Positions 1 through 9,269 of a stretch of DNA of 48,032 bases are shown here, one piece after another. Each line of letters opens with the position of its first letter. The stretch's first letter is position 1. The translations under genes and the position numbers were made by a program. Source of the DNA: a candidate division WOR-3 bacterium (GTDB lineage: Bacteria > Hydrothermota > Tepidihabitantia > Tepidihabitantales > DTDR01). The notes under the pieces were generated by a model, which did no database searches, was not told the DNA's origin, and worked only from the letters and a program-made list of their open reading frames with translations. The stretch is from NCBI GenBank assembly GCA_039801885.1, contig JBDRVN010000005.1, forward strand, positions 1-48,032, in the 5' to 3' direction.

Positions 1-1
1 T

Positions 2-277
2 ACTGAAAATGGTAATAATTATTTAAAAATAAAAATGATTGGAAAGAAATCTAATAAAAATGGAATTGGTGCTCGGGTAAAAATAAAGATTGATAAAAAA
101 ATTCTATTAAGAGAAGTTAATTGTGGCAAAGGAACAACATCCCAATCCTCAATGATTTTACATTTTGGTTTAGGAAAGAAAAACAAGATAAATTTAAATT
201 ATTGTTTTCTTGGCAGTAAAGAAAAAAGTTTAAAAAATATAAAGGCAAATCAATTTTTAATAATTGAAGAAGAATAA
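2..277 (+). CDS. ASPIC/UnbV domain protein (CRTAC1/FG-GAP family), C-terminal part; runs off the left edge
   Basis: Frame is open from position 2 (TENGNNYLKIKMIGKKSNKNGIGARV...SQSSMILHFGLG), matching the ASPIC pattern N.L.V.L.G..SN..GIGARV...SQ....HFGLG. Confidence 0.8.
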   Translation, partial: TENGNNYLKIKMIGKKSNKNGIGARVKIKIDKKILLREVNCGKGTTSQSSMILHFGLGKKNKINLNYCFLGSKEKSLKNIKANQFLIIEEE

Positions 278-338
278 TTAAACATTGATTTTTTAAAGAA
301 TTTGACTTAATATTTTTTGAATTTAAAAGGAGGGTATT

Positions 339-1322
339 ATGAAAAAGAAATTAAGTTTATTTGTGGTAATTATTTTATTATTCTTTATTAATTGTGGGAG
401 AAGGAGTCCTTTTCCTAATCAAATAATTACCACAATTTCGGTAGGTCGTGGTCCCCAAGGAATTGGAATTTTACCAAATGGACAATATTTATATGTAGCA
501 AATTTTTATGGAAATACTGTATCAGTAATTAGATTTTTTGATAACCAAGTAATTAAAACAATTCCTGTTGGTGACGGTCCGGATGGAATAGCTGTTTTAC
601 CTAATGGAGAGTATGTATATGTTACTAATCATCGTAGTGATGATGTGTATATTATTCGAATTTCTGATAACCGAGTTGTTGGTAGAATTGAAGTTGGCGA
701 TGGTCCAGAAGGGATAGTTATTTCGCCCGATGGCGAATATATTTATGTTACTAATCACCATAGCAATGATATTTCGGTGATTGAAGTGAGTTCTAATCAA
801 GTGATAAATACAATTCCATTAAGCAATGGTCAATTAGATTGGATAACAATTTCGCCAAATGGAAGATTTGCTTATGTTGCTGACTTTTTAAATGACTGTG
901 TTTTTGTAGTTGATTTACAAAATAATCAAGTAACAACAACTATCCCTGTCGGTGATGGTCCGCAAGGTGTCACTATTTCTCCAAATGGTGATTATGTTTA
1001 TGTGGCTTGTGAATATGATAATAAAGTTGTGATTATTAGAGTAAGCGATAATCAAGTAATTGGTAATATTCCTGTAGGAAGAGGTCCTTGCGATGCTCTT
1101 ACTTTATTACCTAATGGTAGATATCTTTATGTAGCAAATGGAAACGACAATAATATATCAGTGATAAGAACAAATGATAATAGTATTGTTTCTATAATTC
1201 CAGTTGGTGACTATCCCATCGGTGGAATCTGTGTCCATCCTTCGGGCGATTTTGTTTATGTTTCTAATTTACGCGATAATTCAGTTTCAGTTATTGGCCG
1301 TTCCTATATTTATCCTTGGTAA
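339..1322 (+). CDS. YncE/YVTN-repeat beta-propeller, probable lipoprotein
   Basis: About seven ~42-aa repeats IPVGDGP.GI...PNG.Y.YV.N; hydrophobic N-terminus ending FINC; AGGAGG SD upstream. Confidence 0.85.
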   Translation: MKKKLSLFVVIILLFFINCGRRSPFPNQIITTISVGRGPQGIGILPNGQYLYVANFYGNTVSVIRFFDNQVIKTIPVGDGPDGIAVLPNGEYVYVTNHRSDDVYIIRISDNRVVGRIEVGDGPEGIVISPDGEYIYVTNHHSNDISVIEVSSNQVINTIPLSNGQLDWITISPNGRFAYVADFLNDCVFVVDLQNNQVTTTIPVGDGPQGVTISPNGDYVYVACEYDNKVVIIRVSDNQVIGNIPVGRGPCDALTLLPNGRYLYVANGNDNNISVIRTNDNSIVSIIPVGDYPIGGICVHPSGDFVYVSNLRDNSVSVIGRSYIYPW

Positions 1323-2436
1323 TAGATAATATAAGAAGATAATATTCTAATTGCTTTTTAGTCAAAATATTCCAATCAAATTGTTTTGCCCATTTTTTCC
1401 CTTTTTCTCCTAAAGATTTTCTTAGATTTTTATCTTTAATTAATTTTAACATTGCCTCACTTAATTGATTTATATTATCTTTTTCAACCAAGATACCTGT
1501 TTGATTATTAATTACTAAAGAATTTAGTGGCTCAATATTGGATACAATTATTGGTTTACCACAAGCCTGGACTTCACAAGCAACCATACCAAAAGACTCA
1601 AAACGAGAAGGCATACAGACAAATAAAGAACTTTCAATAACTCCTTTCTTTTTTTCGCCATAAACTGCTGGTAATAATTTAACTTTATCTTCCAAATTTA
1701 AAGAAATAATTAACTTTTCTATTCTTTTTTCATCTTTCCCTTTACCAACAATATATAAATCAGGTAAATCATTTTTTAATTCTGAAGCAAGGTTTTTATA
1801 AGCATAGATAAGGGTATCAATTCCCTTTTGTTCAATATCATATCTACCAATAAAAAGAATATAATTTTCTCCTTTAGAAAAAGAATTAAAAAGAACTTCT
1901 TCGATGCCATAAGGGATTAAGATAATATTTGCTTTTTTATTTATTTGAAAGATTTCCTTTTTAATTACTTCAGATACAGCAATAATATATTTAAAATTCT
2001 TAATTGCAATATGTTCAAAAATATAAGAAAATAAACCCTGGATTTTTTTTAAAAATTTTTTATTTTTTATTTCGTATTTATAAAAAATGTTTTGGAAAAG
2101 ACCAATTACTGGTTTTTTAGTATATAAGAAAGTAAAAATTGGCGAATGACTGGAAAAATCTTCAACTAAGATATCATGAGGAATTTTTTTAATATAATAA
2201 GGAGCAAAAAAGGAATAGGTTAAGCGAGATAGAAAATAATTAAGGGGAAAACCAATTCTTATATATTTTATGTTATCCTTTTTTTCTATTTTTTTACAAT
2301 GAGGATAAGCACCGGTAATAATAGTAATAAAAATATTTTTAGGAAATCTATTATAAATTTCATAAGTTCTTATTGCTCCGCCACCGCCACACCAAGGATT
2401 CTTTAAATCATCGTATATTAAATGTAAAATTCTCAT
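1291..2436 (-). CDS. Glycosyltransferase family 4 (GT-B fold)
   Basis: N-terminal MRILHL...GGG, QKGID, and PSRFESFGMVACE (E-x7-E) motifs. Confidence 0.9.
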   Translation of the reverse strand: MRILHLIYDDLKNPWCGGGGAIRTYEIYNRFPKNIFITIITGAYPHCKKIEKKDNIKYIRIGFPLNYFLSRLTYSFFAPYYIKKIPHDILVEDFSSHSPIFTFLYTKKPVIGLFQNIFYKYEIKNKKFLKKIQGLFSYIFEHIAIKNFKYIIAVSEVIKKEIFQINKKANIILIPYGIEEVLFNSFSKGENYILFIGRYDIEQKGIDTLIYAYKNLASELKNDLPDLYIVGKGKDEKRIEKLIISLNLEDKVKLLPAVYGEKKKGVIESSLFVCMPSRFESFGMVACEVQACGKPIIVSNIEPLNSLVINNQTGILVEKDNINQLSEAMLKLIKDKNLRKSLGEKGKKWAKQFDWNILTKKQLEYYLLILSITKDKYRNGQ

Positions 2437-2441
2437 TCCTT

Positions 2442-2469
2442 ATTTTATTTAAAATTTATAATTTGTCAA
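2442..2469 (-). promoter_or_regulatory. sigma70-type promoter of the GT4 gene, leaderless-type
   Basis: Minus strand TTGACA-16 nt-TAAAAT, 5 nt before the ATG at 2436. Confidence 0.6.
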
Positions 2470-2713
2470 TTTTAAAATTTCTGGTAACCAAAAGGGTATC
2501 TTTTTCGTTATATATATAGAGGAGAATTATGGTATTAAAAGAGACTTATTGTATAAAAAGAAGGTTGTTAAATTATTATTTCTTAATTTAGAAGAAAAAG
2601 AAGATTAAATTATTGAGAAATTTAAAAGGAGGTTTTAGGAGTAGTTAATTAAACCATTAATTAATGTCTTTTATTACTGTTTCACAGAAGAGGAGGGTAT
2701 TTCTTTAATTAAA

Positions 2714-2747
2714 ATAGGGGACTGTGTAGGAGATAGTATAGTTATCT
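2714..2747 (-). repeat. 34-bp dispersed repeat, copy 1
   Basis: Minus strand AGATAACTATACTATCTCCTACACAGTCCCCTAT matches 38170-38203 (+) at 29/34 positions by manual alignment. Confidence 0.6.
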
Positions 2748-3938
2748 TTTTAAAGTTTCTTTGTAAAGGTCTTTCAAATCGTTAATAATCCTTTCCCAAG
2801 AGAAATTTTCTTTTACAAATCTATAACCATTTTCTCCTAATTTTTGAGCTAATTCTTCGTTTCTTAGTATTTCTAATATCTTTTCTTTTAATATTTGAGG
2901 TTCTTTTTCAGGAACCAATATTCCATTTTTATAATCTTTTACAATATCTAAAATCCCGCCAACCGCCGAAGCAATAACTGGTTTTTTATACACCATCGCT
3001 TCTAATAGTACAACACCAAGTCCTTCTGTATCGCCTCTTTCATCAATTATTGCTGGTAAAACAAATAAATCACAATTTTTATAATAATAAGCCAATTCTC
3101 TATCGCTTACAAAACCTTTAAATTCAACATAATTAGCGAGTTCTAATTCTTTTGTTAAGTTTTCTAAATTTCTTCTTTCGCTTCCATCGCCAATAATAAT
3201 AAGTTTTGCTTCTATTTCTTTTAATACCTCTTTTAATGCTAAAATTAAATAATTAACTCCTTTTCTTTTAACTAACCGACCAACAAATAAGATAGTTTTC
3301 TTATCAGATTTTTTCTTTTCTTTTTCTTCTGCTTCTTCTGCCAAAACTTTTACAGCAGTGCTGAAAGGAATAATCTTAATTTCCCGATCATAGTATTTTC
3401 TTATTTCATTACTCGTATAGTTAGAAATAGCGGTAATCTTATCGCTCTTTTTAATAATAAATTTTATTAAACTTTTAATTAATGTTGATTTTAGGAATTT
3501 GAATTCCACGCCATAAAAACTGCTTATCAATTTTGGCATTTTTGAAGCAAAAAATCGGGAAAGATAGGCAAAGAAGAAATGGGGAAGAGGCCAGTGAATA
3601 TGAATGATATCATAATTTTTCTTTCTCAATAAAATTGCTAAATTTAAAATGCCAAAAAAAAGATAAAAGATTAAAAGAAATTTATAAAAGAACCCTTTTT
3701 TTAATCTATCGGGCACATTCTCTTCATGAGTTAATCTCTCATATTTTTTAAAAAAATATCGGAACCGATAAACAGGAATATTAAAAATTTGGTGATTTTT
3801 TAGACCAAGATAACTGGAAGTAAAAACTTCGCAACGAATATTTTCTTCGTTTAATCTTTTTAATGTTTCGGTAAGCCAGGGAGTAATAATATCTTTTTCA
3901 TTACGAGCAAAAGCAGTAGCAATATGAAGGATTTTCAT
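2742..3938 (-). CDS. Glycosyltransferase family 4
   Basis: FVGRLVKRKG, GDGSER and DTEGLGVVLLEAM motifs. Confidence 0.9.
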   Translation of the reverse strand: MKILHIATAFARNEKDIITPWLTETLKRLNEENIRCEVFTSSYLGLKNHQIFNIPVYRFRYFFKKYERLTHEENVPDRLKKGFFYKFLLIFYLFFGILNLAILLRKKNYDIIHIHWPLPHFFFAYLSRFFASKMPKLISSFYGVEFKFLKSTLIKSLIKFIIKKSDKITAISNYTSNEIRKYYDREIKIIPFSTAVKVLAEEAEEKEKKKSDKKTILFVGRLVKRKGVNYLILALKEVLKEIEAKLIIIGDGSERRNLENLTKELELANYVEFKGFVSDRELAYYYKNCDLFVLPAIIDERGDTEGLGVVLLEAMVYKKPVIASAVGGILDIVKDYKNGILVPEKEPQILKEKILEILRNEELAQKLGENGYRFVKENFSWERIINDLKDLYKETLKR

Positions 3939-3947
3939 TAATAAAAT

Positions 3948-4208
3948 TTAGGAGAGAGAGGTAATATGTTCGGCAAGCTTGCTTTTTATTCGTGCAGCCT
4001 TGTTTTTATGAATAATACCTACCTTAGCTGCTTTATCAATAATTGATTGTACCTTGGGAAATAATTTTAACGCTTCTTCTTTATTAGTTATTTTTTTAAG
4101 TTCTTTGATAGCACTTTTTAATCTTTCTTTTCTTGCTTTATTTCTTAAATATCTTTTTCGGTTTTGTCTTATTCTTTTTAATACTGAAACACTCTTTTTC
4201 TTTGCCAT
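3948..4208 (-). CDS. rpsT: 30S ribosomal protein S20
   Basis: KRIRQN..R..RN and IDKAAKVGIIHKNKAARIKS; AGGAG SD upstream. Confidence 0.97.
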   Translation of the reverse strand: MAKKKSVSVLKRIRQNRKRYLRNKARKERLKSAIKELKKITNKEEALKLFPKVQSIIDKAAKVGIIHKNKAARIKSKLAEHITSLS

Positions 4209-4229
4209 TTTTACTCCTAATTTATTATA

Positions 4230-4301
4230 TGCCAGGGCGCGGAATCGAACCGCGGACTCCCGGATTTTCAGTCCGGAGCTCTACCTCTGAGCTACCCTGG
4301 C
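4230..4301 (-). tRNA. tRNA-Phe(GAA)
   Basis: Minus strand GCCAGGGTAGCTCAG...CTGAAAA...GGTTCGATTCC...CCCTGGCA folds as a cloverleaf; no encoded CCA. Confidence 0.97.
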
Positions 4302-4310
4302 ATATTTATT

Positions 4311-4360
4311 ATTTTAAAAAAAATTTTCTTATTGTCAACAAGAAGGTTATTAATTATAAT
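4311..4360. promoter_or_regulatory. Divergent promoters with overlapping -35 boxes (tRNA-Phe/rpsT and UPF0158 gene)
   Basis: Minus: TTGACA(4338-4333)-16-TAAAAT(4316-4311). Plus: TTGTCA(4332-4337)-17-TATAAT(4355-4360). Confidence 0.65.
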
Positions 4361-4368
4361 TATTAATA

Positions 4369-4797
4369 ATGAATAAAAAAGAGATTAAAATTAATAAAAG
4401 AGATTTACTTTTTGTTTTACAGAAAAGATTGCCGGAAATTGATTATTTTTTAGATTTGGAAAATGGTGAAATAATTCCTGTTTTTGAAATTACTAAAGAA
4501 GATTTTGAAGGATTACAAAAAAGTTTTCCTAAGCGTTTTTATAAAATTAAGACTTTTAGCGGGAATGAGACTTTTTTTATTGTAAAAAATTTTATTAATT
4601 TAATTAAAGATAAGAAAATAAGAGAGGAGATTATTAATAATCTTAAAGAAAAAGCAACTTATAAAAATTTTAAAGAGGTGCTAAAAAAATATGATAAAGA
4701 ATGGCAAGAATGGCTGTTATATGAAAAAGAGGAGCTTTTAAAATATTTTAAGAAAAAGATAGAAGAAAAATTTCCCTTAAATATTCAATTTGTTTAA
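4369..4797 (+). CDS. UPF0158 family protein
   Basis: YFLDLENGEI near the N-terminus and FK.VL......EW..Y near the C-terminus. Confidence 0.7.
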   Translation: MNKKEIKINKRDLLFVLQKRLPEIDYFLDLENGEIIPVFEITKEDFEGLQKSFPKRFYKIKTFSGNETFFIVKNFINLIKDKKIREEIINNLKEKATYKNFKEVLKKYDKEWQEWLLYEKEELLKYFKKKIEEKFPLNIQFV

Positions 4798-4830
4798 CCT
4801 CTGGTCAGTTAACACATTTACTAATCTTTC

Positions 4831-4858
4831 TTGACTTTTAAAAAATTTTTATTATAAT
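4831..4858 (+). promoter_or_regulatory. sigma70-type promoter, leaderless-type
   Basis: TTGACT-16-TATAAT, 8 nt before ATG 4867, no SD. Confidence 0.65.
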
Positions 4859-4866
4859 TCTAAACT

Positions 4867-6312
4867 ATGAAAAAATTGATATTAAAAATTGTTCTTTTGA
4901 TAATTTTGTTAGGAGGTTTCTTTTGTAAAAAAAATCAACCACCCGAATTAATAGAAGCAAATTTTCCATCAACCGGTAAAGTAAATGCGGTAGTTTATTT
5001 TAAAATAAAAGCCAAAGACCCAGAGGGAAAGGAAATAAGTTTTAAATTGGATTTCGGAGATAATAACCAATCAGGATGGTCTCCTTATATTCTTAGTGAA
5101 TCAGTGTATACCGATACTCATACTTATCAAAATCCGGGTCAATTTGATATTAATGTCAAAATAAAAGATGTTAAAGGGAAAGAGAGCGAGTGGATAAAAA
5201 TAGGTAAAATTGCTATTGCTCCTTTGGAAATTGGCGAAATCTTTTGGAGTTTTGTCTGCGAAAAGGATGGAGAGACAGCAGCCTTTTATTCAACGCCAAT
5301 TATTGATGAGCAAGATAGTGTGATTTATGTAGTTTGTGAATTTGGTGATTTACACGCGATTAAGTTTAACGGTGAGGAGAAATGGCATTTTTCTCTTTTA
5401 GAAGAAGAAAGGGTGGTTTCTTCACCCTTAATGGACGATTATAAATATATTTATTTTGTTACTGAAGATGGTAAATTTCTTTCTTTAACAAAAGAAGGAA
5501 ATCTTCGTTGGGAAAGAGATCTATATAACAGTTTTTATGCCTCACCTGGCTTAGGAAGATTTAATGAGATTTATTTGCAGAGTGAAGATAGTATTTTTGC
5601 TTTTAGTAATACTGGTGAACTTCTCTGGACAAAAGGTTATGGCGGTGGTAATAATTCACCAATTATTGATGAAGAAGGAAATATTTATTTAGCCAGTGAA
5701 AAAGATAGTGCGATTTTTTCTTTTGATGCTAATGGTATGTTAAGATATAATCTTTATTTAAATTCATCGGTTATCAATTCCCCCTTTTTTATCAATAGTA
5801 AAGAAATTCTTTTTGGTTTGGAAGATAATAGAGTTATTTGTGTTGACACTCGCGGTGAAACATTATGGTCAAGAAATTTAGGTGAACCTATAATTTCTTC
5901 AGGCATAGTTTCTGATGATTTTAGTTTTTACTTGATTACTAAATATGGTAGTTTATTTAAAGGAAATAGAGATGGTAATTTTCTGCCGATTATTTCCGTC
6001 TCTTGCGATTTAGTATCTTCCTTAGCAATTTCCGAACAAAATTATCTTTATTTTCGGGCAAAATGGGAAAATGAGGAATACGATACTTTATACGGAGTTG
6101 ATTTAAATGGTAATATTGTTTTTCGAACCCCGATCTCTGGCGATGATGAGTCAGAAGATTGGGAAATTTTGCCTTCCCCCAAAATTGGGCTTGATGGCAC
6201 AATTTATATAAGCACAGCAAAAGGTTTGTATGCAATTGTTGGTAAAGGAAAACCAAAATATACTGATTGGTATTCTTTTAGAAAAGATAACAGAAATACG
6301 GGAAGAAGATAA
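4867..6312 (+). CDS. Lipoprotein with PKD/Ig-like domain and PQQ-type (BamB-like) beta-propeller
   Basis: Signal ending LLGGFFC; DPEG...DFGD...HTYQNPGQF (PKD); repeated SP.I...G.IY......G..(K/R)W blades. Confidence 0.75.
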   Translation: MKKLILKIVLLIILLGGFFCKKNQPPELIEANFPSTGKVNAVVYFKIKAKDPEGKEISFKLDFGDNNQSGWSPYILSESVYTDTHTYQNPGQFDINVKIKDVKGKESEWIKIGKIAIAPLEIGEIFWSFVCEKDGETAAFYSTPIIDEQDSVIYVVCEFGDLHAIKFNGEEKWHFSLLEEERVVSSPLMDDYKYIYFVTEDGKFLSLTKEGNLRWERDLYNSFYASPGLGRFNEIYLQSEDSIFAFSNTGELLWTKGYGGGNNSPIIDEEGNIYLASEKDSAIFSFDANGMLRYNLYLNSSVINSPFFINSKEILFGLEDNRVICVDTRGETLWSRNLGEPIISSGIVSDDFSFYLITKYGSLFKGNRDGNFLPIISVSCDLVSSLAISEQNYLYFRAKWENEEYDTLYGVDLNGNIVFRTPISGDDESEDWEILPSPKIGLDGTIYISTAKGLYAIVGKGKPKYTDWYSFRKDNRNTGRR

Positions 6313-9269
6313 TGGAAGATAAAAAATTTTCACCGGTACCACAGATTCCAGATTTTGTAAAAATTGAACATAAAATCCTAAAATTTTGGCAAGAAAATAA
6401 TTTTTTAAAAAAGTTAATGGAGAAAAATAAAGGGAAAAAGAAATTTTCTTTCCTTGATGGTCCAATTACTGCTAACAATCCAATGGGTGTTCATCACGCT
6501 TGGGGAAGAACTTATAAGGATGTTATTCAAAGATATAAGGCACAAAAAGGTTTTGATCAAAGATTTCAAAATGGATTTGATTGCCAAGGACTTTGGGTGG
6601 AAGTAGAAGTAGAAAAAGAACTTGGTTTTAAATCAAAGAAAGATATTGAAAAATTTGGAATTGATAAATTTGTTGAAAAGTGTAAAGAAAGAGTTTTGAA
6701 ATACTCTCAGATTCAAACTCAACAGTCAATTAGACTTGGCCAATGGATGGATTGGGAAAATTCCTATTATACTATGTCTGATGAAAATAATTATACTATT
6801 TGGTATTTTTTAAAAAAGTGTCACGAGCACGGTTGGATATATAAAGGCGAAGATGTTGTGCCTTGGTGTCCGAGATGCGGTACAGCAATTTCCCAACACG
6901 AAATTGTTACCGAAGGTTATAAAGAATTGACCCATCCTGGTGTTTATTTACAATTTCCTATTAAAGGAAAAGAAAAACATTATCTTTTAGTTTGGACGAC
7001 AACACCCTGGACATTAACCGCTAATGTTGCCTGTGCAGTCCATCCGGAACTTATATATGTTTTGATAAAACATAATGAGAAATTTTATTATCTCTTAAAA
7101 GATAGATTAAATGTTATTGAAGGAAGATACGAGATAATAAAAGAAATTTTTGGGAAAGAGATATTAAATTGGGAATACGAAGGTCCGCTCAGTTTTTTGC
7201 CGATACAAAAAGAAATTAAACATATCGTAATTCCTTGGGAAGGAGTTAGTGCCGAAGAGGGCACAGGCATTGTTCATATTGCTCCCGGTTGCGGCCATGA
7301 AGATTTTATTTTGGGGAAAGAATTTTCTTTAAAGGCTATTTGTCCAATAGATGAAGAAGGAAATTTTTTAGATAATTATGATGGTTTATCTAAGAAAAAT
7401 ATTAAAGAAAGCGAAGAAATTATTTTTGAGTTGCTAAAAAAAGAAGATAAACTATATAAAATTGAAAAATATACCCATCGATATCCAGTTTGTTGGCGAT
7501 GTGGTGTTGAATTGGTTTTTCGTTTAGTACCGGAATGGTATATTTCGATGAAAGAATTGAGATACAAGATAATGGAAGTAGCTAAACAAGTTCAATGGAT
7601 ACCCTCTTTTGGTTTAGAGAGAGAATTAGATTGGTTAAGAAATATGGAAGACTGGTTGATTTCTAAAAAAAGATATTGGGGATTAGCTTTACCAATTTAT
7701 GAATGTGAATGTGGTTATTTTGATGTAATTGGTGGTAAAGAAGAACTTAAAGAAAAAGCAGTAGAAGGATATGAGAAGTTTGAAAGTCGTTCTCCCCATC
7801 GTCCTTGGATTGATTATGTAAAAATTAAATGTCAAAAATGTGGAAATAAAGTCGGTCGTATTCCGGATGTCGGTAACCCTTGGTTAGATGCGGGAATAGT
7901 CCCTTTTTCTACTTTACATTATTTAAAAGATAAAAAATATTGGGAAGAGTGGTATCCTTTTGATTTTGCAGTTGAATGTTTCCCTGGTCAATTTCGCAAT
8001 TGGTTCTATGCCATTTTAGCAATGGCAACGGTGTTAGAATATTCTCCTCCGGTAAAAACAATTTTCGGTTATGCCTTAGTGAAGGATGAAAAAGGAGAAG
8101 ATATGCACAAAAGCAAGGGAAATGTTATTTGGTTTGATGAAGCGGCAGAAAAGATGGGCACCGATATAATGCGCTGGATTTTTGTTTCCCATAATCCTTT
8201 TGAAAATCTTCACTTTGGCTATAAACTTGGTCAGGAGGTAAAAAGAAAATTATTAACTCTTTGGAATTGTTATTCTTTTTTTATTACCTATGCTCGTATT
8301 GATAACTTTGATCCAAAAAGAAAGGAATGTCAAGTTGATTTTAAAAATCTAAAAAATCCTTTAGATAGGTGGTTGCTTTCGATCACTAATAATCTTATTA
8401 AAAATGTTGATGCTGCTTACAATAATTATGAATTTGATGAAGTGCCAAAATTGATTGAGAAATATGTTGATGATCTTTCTAACTGGTATATTCGTCGTTC
8501 CCGAAGAAGATTTTGGAAATCTCAAATTGATTATGATAAATGGTCGGCCTACAATACTTTATATTATGCCTTAACAACATTAGTCAAAATGGTTGCTCCA
8601 ATAATGCCTTTTTTGGCTGAAGAAATTTATCAAAACTTGGTGGTAAAAGTTGATGAAAATGTTGAAAAAAGTGTTCATCTTAATGATTTTCCTCAAATCC
8701 AAGAAGAGTTAATTGATGAGGATATTGAAGAAAAAATGAAATTGTGCCGGAAATTGATTTTTTTAGGAAGAGCTGCCCGGGAAAAAGCAAAAGTGAAAAT
8801 CCGGCAGTCATTAAAAAAGATAATCTTTTTAAATATTCCTGACAAAGAAAAATTAAATGATTTGGTGTCTTTGATAATGGACGAATTAAATATTAAAGAG
8901 GTTATTTTTAATGAAGAAAAATATATTAGCAAAAATTTTGTGAAAGTTGAAGAAGATAATTTGGCTGCTATTTTAGATATTAGTTTAGATGAGGATTTAT
9001 TATGGGAAGGATTTTTAAGAGAATTTATTCATCGGATTCAAATTTTAAGAAAAGATGCGGGGTTTGATATCACTGACCGAATTATTTTGGGGTATCAAGC
9101 AGATAAAAAAATTGAAGATATTTTAAATAAAAATATTGAATATATCAAAAATGAAATTTTAGCTGAGGAAATTAGAAAAGGAATTTTAGAAATCAAAGAC
9201 ATCGAAAAGAAAATGGAAATAAATAATTACGAAATTTTAGTCAGTTTAAAGAGGAAGGTTCATGGATAA
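6312..9269 (+). CDS. ileS: Isoleucine--tRNA ligase, type 2
   Basis: DGPITANNPMGVHHAWGR, WTTTPWTL editing motif, GTGIVHIAPG, DMHKSKGN, LSNWYIRRSRRRFW; C-terminal IQILRKDAGFDITDRI typical of IleRS2, no C-terminal Zn finger. Confidence 0.95.
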   Translation: MEDKKFSPVPQIPDFVKIEHKILKFWQENNFLKKLMEKNKGKKKFSFLDGPITANNPMGVHHAWGRTYKDVIQRYKAQKGFDQRFQNGFDCQGLWVEVEVEKELGFKSKKDIEKFGIDKFVEKCKERVLKYSQIQTQQSIRLGQWMDWENSYYTMSDENNYTIWYFLKKCHEHGWIYKGEDVVPWCPRCGTAISQHEIVTEGYKELTHPGVYLQFPIKGKEKHYLLVWTTTPWTLTANVACAVHPELIYVLIKHNEKFYYLLKDRLNVIEGRYEIIKEIFGKEILNWEYEGPLSFLPIQKEIKHIVIPWEGVSAEEGTGIVHIAPGCGHEDFILGKEFSLKAICPIDEEGNFLDNYDGLSKKNIKESEEIIFELLKKEDKLYKIEKYTHRYPVCWRCGVELVFRLVPEWYISMKELRYKIMEVAKQVQWIPSFGLERELDWLRNMEDWLISKKRYWGLALPIYECECGYFDVIGGKEELKEKAVEGYEKFESRSPHRPWIDYVKIKCQKCGNKVGRIPDVGNPWLDAGIVPFSTLHYLKDKKYWEEWYPFDFAVECFPGQFRNWFYAILAMATVLEYSPPVKTIFGYALVKDEKGEDMHKSKGNVIWFDEAAEKMGTDIMRWIFVSHNPFENLHFGYKLGQEVKRKLLTLWNCYSFFITYARIDNFDPKRKECQVDFKNLKNPLDRWLLSITNNLIKNVDAAYNNYEFDEVPKLIEKYVDDLSNWYIRRSRRRFWKSQIDYDKWSAYNTLYYALTTLVKMVAPIMPFLAEEIYQNLVVKVDENVEKSVHLNDFPQIQEELIDEDIEEKMKLCRKLIFLGRAAREKAKVKIRQSLKKIIFLNIPDKEKLNDLVSLIMDELNIKEVIFNEEKYISKNFVKVEEDNLAAILDISLDEDLLWEGFLREFIHRIQILRKDAGFDITDRIILGYQADKKIEDILNKNIEYIKNEILAEEIRKGILEIKDIEKKMEINNYEILVSLKRKVHG

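Noticed and set aside
420-1300. ~126-nt periodic similarity resembling a repeat array
   Set aside because: Explained by the ~42-aa YVTN propeller blades of a single ORF; no identical repeats with unique spacers, so not CRISPR.
2529-2591. 20-codon ORF MVLKETYCIKRRLLNYYFLI behind GAGGAG
   Set aside because: Too short, no promoter found, no recognisable motif; could arise by chance.
4054-4366. Plus-strand ORFs 4054-4290 and 4133-4366
   Set aside because: Antisense shadows of rpsT and tRNA-Phe.
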